A stretch of 34,623 bases of DNA, from assembly GCA_018221175.1 (NCBI GenBank), contig JAAOYE010000077.1:1-34623 (forward strand). The letters run 5' to 3'. Each line of letters begins with the position of its first letter. The first letter of the stretch is position 1. Shown here piece by piece: positions 32,517-34,623 of the stretch. Source of the stretch: Candidatus Woesearchaeota archaeon (GTDB lineage Archaea; Nanobdellota; Nanobdellia; Woesearchaeales; BM511). The notes beneath the pieces were generated by a model. That model ran no database searches. It saw nothing but the letters and a program-made list of their open reading frames with translations, and had not been told where the DNA came from. The position numbers and the translations under genes are program-made.

Positions 32517-33170
32517 TTATTCAATTTTTACTGGTTTTCCCATAGTATATTTTAAAAATGCTGTTTTGATATTGTTTTGTTCTGATGGAAGGTGATGTAC
32601 TAGTTGACTGTAAGCTGTTTTGATATTGTCAATAACTTCCTTTTCGTTCTGCTCCTGGTTTCCTACAGTTATTTGAACAATTGGCTGTGTCTTTGCCTGA
32701 AGCCTAATAGTTTTTTGAAGCCTTTCATAAATTGGTTTTAGAGTTGCTTTTGGAGGAACAACGCATCCTGCTTTTGGGTTTGGCATCTTGCCTTTTGGTC
32801 CAAGTACCTTACCAAAGACTTGTGCTACCTGTGGCATGATGTTTGCCTGAGCTATAAAGTAATCATATTCCTTTACAAGCTTTTTTAGAAGTTTTTTGTC
32901 GTCTTGGTATTTTTTAAAGTCTGATTGCGCGATTACAAAATCGCAAACTTTTTGAGCTTCTTCCATTAGTTCTGGTGCTGCAAACGCGCAGATTTTGACA
33001 TCTTTGCCGTTTGAAAAGTGAAGACTTGTAAAAAAATCCACCTGGTGCTCTGCTCTTTTTAAGTCTAAATCTTTTAGAACAAAGATAGCGTCTACTTTCT
33101 GATTAAAATTCCTTTTCTTAGAATCCTTTTTGATATTTTCTAATGCTTGTTTTATTGTTTTATCGTCCAT
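32517..33170 (-). CDS. rpl1: Ribosomal protein uL1
   Basis: MDDKTIKQALENIKKDSKKRNFNQKVDAIF...GKMPNPKAGCVVPP. GGAGGG lies 8 nt upstream of ATG 33170, so the track extension to 33212 is rejected. Confidence 0.95.
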   Translation of the reverse strand: MDDKTIKQALENIKKDSKKRNFNQKVDAIFVLKDLDLKRAEHQVDFFTSLHFSNGKDVKICAFAAPELMEEAQKVCDFVIAQSDFKKYQDDKKLLKKLVKEYDYFIAQANIMPQVAQVFGKVLGPKGKMPNPKAGCVVPPKATLKPIYERLQKTIRLQAKTQPIVQITVGNQEQNEKEVIDNIKTAYSQLVHHLPSEQNNIKTAFLKYTMGKPVKIE

Positions 33171-33251
33171 TTTGTCTACCCTCCTACTCGCAAATGTTTT
33201 GCAGTAGTCCACCGGGATTACTAATATCCTTTCAGAAACTTGATTTGATTT

Positions 33252-33269
33252 AAAAACCTAACGGTTTTT
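33252..33269 (-). terminator. Hairpin with T-run after the Zn-ribbon gene
   Basis: AAAAACC (33252-33258) pairs with GGTTTTT (33263-33269) around a 4-nt loop, a few nt downstream of the TAG at 33275. Confidence 0.35.
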
Positions 33270-33274
33270 TCACT

Positions 33275-33451
33275 CTATGTTCTGTCTCCAATATCATTAG
33301 TGACGATCACATCTTGTTTATCATTTAGATAAACTGGCTTTTTGCATCGACTGCATTTAAAGAATATAGTTGGGGCGTCATCTACTGTTATAATTTTTTC
33401 AACATTGCTGCAGTGAGGGCACCTCTTTTTTATAGCACCATAAATCCCCAT
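33275..33451 (-). CDS. Small zinc-ribbon protein (58 aa), unassigned
   Basis: Not in the track. My translation: MGIYGAIKKRCPHCSNVEKIITVDDAPTIFFKCSRCKKPVYLNDKQDVIVTNDIGDRT (CxxC, 18 residues, CxxC). Confidence 0.5.
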   Translation of the reverse strand: MGIYGAIKKRCPHCSNVEKIITVDDAPTIFFKCSRCKKPVYLNDKQDVIVTNDIGDRT

Positions 33452-33654
33452 CAAAAAGTAGTATGTTGTCCTACTTTTTAAGCTTTGCTATATATAATTA
33501 AAACCGGGTTATCTCATTAAAATGTGTCTTTAAGAATAAAAGAAATCTTATTTCTTCTCCATACAACAAAATTAGAAATTTTGAGCATTCCGAAGAAGTT
33601 TCACTTCTTCTCCATGTACTAAAAAATCAAAGATTTTGGGTACAGAAAAAAAGT

Positions 33655-33825
33655 CTACTTTTTTTCCATGTATTTACACTTGCCGCATGTGCTTCTGTCC
33701 TTGTGGTCTGCCATGAATGTTCCTGGCCCGCACTTTGGGCAGCTCCTGTTTTTGGCTTTTCCGCCTTCATAAATTGTGTGGATTTGATATCCTGGTTTTT
33801 TTTGCTGCTGTTTGTCATCACTCAT
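33655..33825 (-). CDS. rps27ae: Ribosomal protein eS31 (S27ae)
   Basis: Not in the track. My translation: [60 protein letters not shown] overlap with the rps24e stop, and the canonical S24e-S27ae pairing. Confidence 0.9.
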   Translation of the reverse strand: MSDDKQQQKKPGYQIHTIYEGGKAKNRSCPKCGPGTFMADHKDRSTCGKCKYMEKK

Positions 33826-34289
33826 TTTTCTTCAACTTTCTTATCTTGAGACTCTTCTTTTGGTTCTTCCTGCGCAGGTTTTTCCTCAACAGGATCCTCC
33901 TCTTCTTGTGGTTTCGGTTTTTCGGTACTAGCAGCTTCGCTGCTTTGTTCTTCGCCACCTTCTCCTTCAGGTGCAGGAACTGGCTTTACTTCTTCTTTTT
34001 CTTCTTTAGGTGCATCCACATGTTTGTCAAGCAGTTGCTTGTCTTCAAACATCTCCATAGTTTTTTTGTCTTTGTAGACGTGGGCAATGATCTTTGAAGA
34101 TGAAGTTCCAAACTGCGGGTAAATGTGCCTAATTGACACAGCATCCTTACTTGCCCCTAACTTTTTGGCTACATCTTTTACAACAACTGATCTTTTTGGG
34201 GTTGTCTTTTCTGAAGAATTATACATCATAGTAACTCTTTTTCTTTTCAAAAGAGGTATGTCTTTTTCTTTAATAACGTCAAGCTTCAC
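33822..34289 (-). CDS. rps24e: Ribosomal protein eS24 with an acidic C-terminal extension
   Basis: [36 protein letters not shown]...[26 protein letters not shown]. The GTG start immediately follows the spt4 stop. The last ~60 aa are an E/P/K-rich tail. Confidence 0.9.
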   Translation of the reverse strand: MKLDVIKEKDIPLLKRKRVTMMYNSSEKTTPKRSVVVKDVAKKLGASKDAVSIRHIYPQFGTSSSKIIAHVYKDKKTMEMFEDKQLLDKHVDAPKEEKEEVKPVPAPEGEGGEEQSSEAASTEKPKPQEEEDPVEEKPAQEEPKEESQDKKVEEK

Positions 34290-34475
34290 TTATCTCACCT
34301 TAATAGCATATTCTCCTTTTGCCTTAAAACCCATGACTTTTGCTATCTCTGATCTTTCTGGGTCAAGGACTGATACTTTTCCCTGGAAATTTGTAGAAAA
34401 CTGATTTTTTTTGCAGATTGGACACTCATCGCCTTCAATCATTATCTTGCATGTCTTGCACACTTTTTTGCTCAT
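34290..34475 (-). CDS. spt4: Transcription elongation factor Spt4 (RpoE double-prime)
   Basis: MSKKVCKTCKIMIEGDECPICKKNQFSTNFQGKVSVLDPERSEIAKVMGF: a Zn-ribbon plus the conserved SEIAK block. Confidence 0.9.
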   Translation of the reverse strand: MSKKVCKTCKIMIEGDECPICKKNQFSTNFQGKVSVLDPERSEIAKVMGFKAKGEYAIKVR

Positions 34476-34623
34476 TTTTTCTCCTCTTTTTTAGCTGGCT
34501 TTGCCTTCTTTTTCTCAGCTAGTTCCTGTATCCATTCAAGCTTTCCAAGGCTGTCTTGTCTCATGGTAAGCCCGATTTTTGGGTTGTCAACTTCTTTGTA
34601 GCTAACTGCAATAATCCTTGCTC
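34472..34623 (-). CDS. rpoE: RNA polymerase subunit E-prime (Rpo7) C-terminal S1 domain; N-terminus outside the window
   Basis: My translation: ...ARIIAVSYKEVDNPKIGLTMRQDSLGKLEWIQELAEKKKAKPAKKEEKK. ATGA overlap with spt4, and the canonical rpoE-spt4 pairing. Confidence 0.8.
   Translation of the reverse strand, partial: ARIIAVSYKEVDNPKIGLTMRQDSLGKLEWIQELAEKKKAKPAKKEEKK

Noticed and set aside
33627-33821. ORF-track 64-aa minus-strand ORF ([10 protein letters not shown]...)
   Set aside because: A different frame on the same strand (33655-33825) encodes a textbook eS31/S27ae with the CPKCG...CGKC ribbon, and it is ATGA-coupled to rps24e. The track ORF is an out-of-frame shadow.
1-34623. Search for CRISPR arrays, tRNA/rRNA genes, transposase or integrase genes and terminal inverted repeats
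   Set aside because: I saw no regularly spaced direct repeats, no GC-rich cloverleaf-like segments in intergenic DNA, and no transposase or integrase motifs. The only GC-rich stretches (18134-18632 and 31100-31330) are coding low-complexity regions. Detection by eye is imperfect for short ncRNAs.

Overview
AT-rich archaeal chromosome segment. The lineage call rests on Sec61-gamma/SecE, Spt5, Spt4, RpoE-prime, eS24, eS31 (S27ae), stalk proteins P0/P1, Elp3, DtdA and a Trm11-type THUMP methyltransferase. The small proteins, charged tails and broken operons suggest a reduced DPANN-like genome, but that is a guess. Gene density is high and many neighbours overlap by 1-4 nt. Content in order: pcm; a PPDK-N-only protein; trm11; ftsZ-secE-spt5; FKBP; cmk; a very AT-rich island with two homing-endonuclease-type genes (GIY-YIG and LAGLIDADG); rpl11; a Na/Pi transporter; a nine-gene minus-strand glycogen operon ending in dtdA; a wHTH/Zn-finger cluster with a SERCA-like P-type ATPase; elp3; an NSUN methyltransferase; several small unknown ORFs including an orphan NrdD glycyl-radical mini-protein; and rpoE-spt4-rps24e-rps27ae plus rpl1-rpl10-rpl12. 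No rRNA, tRNA or CRISPR array was recognised. The most interesting signal is in rpl11: it is interrupted in frame by 18 nt carrying three stop codons. This insert folds as a near-canonical bulge-helix-bulge splice motif, and canonical cleavage of it regenerates the conserved GPALGP motif exactly. A free-standing LAGLIDADG endonuclease gene overlaps the rpl11 start about 70 nt upstream. Other leads are two paralogous unknown genes inside the glycogen operon (one tail-anchored and coupled to a GT3 glycogen synthase), an apparent ATT start codon, an orphan NrdD C-terminal domain, and a TRASH-like Zn protein next to a P2-type ATPase. All family assignments come from reading motifs by eye; no searches were run.
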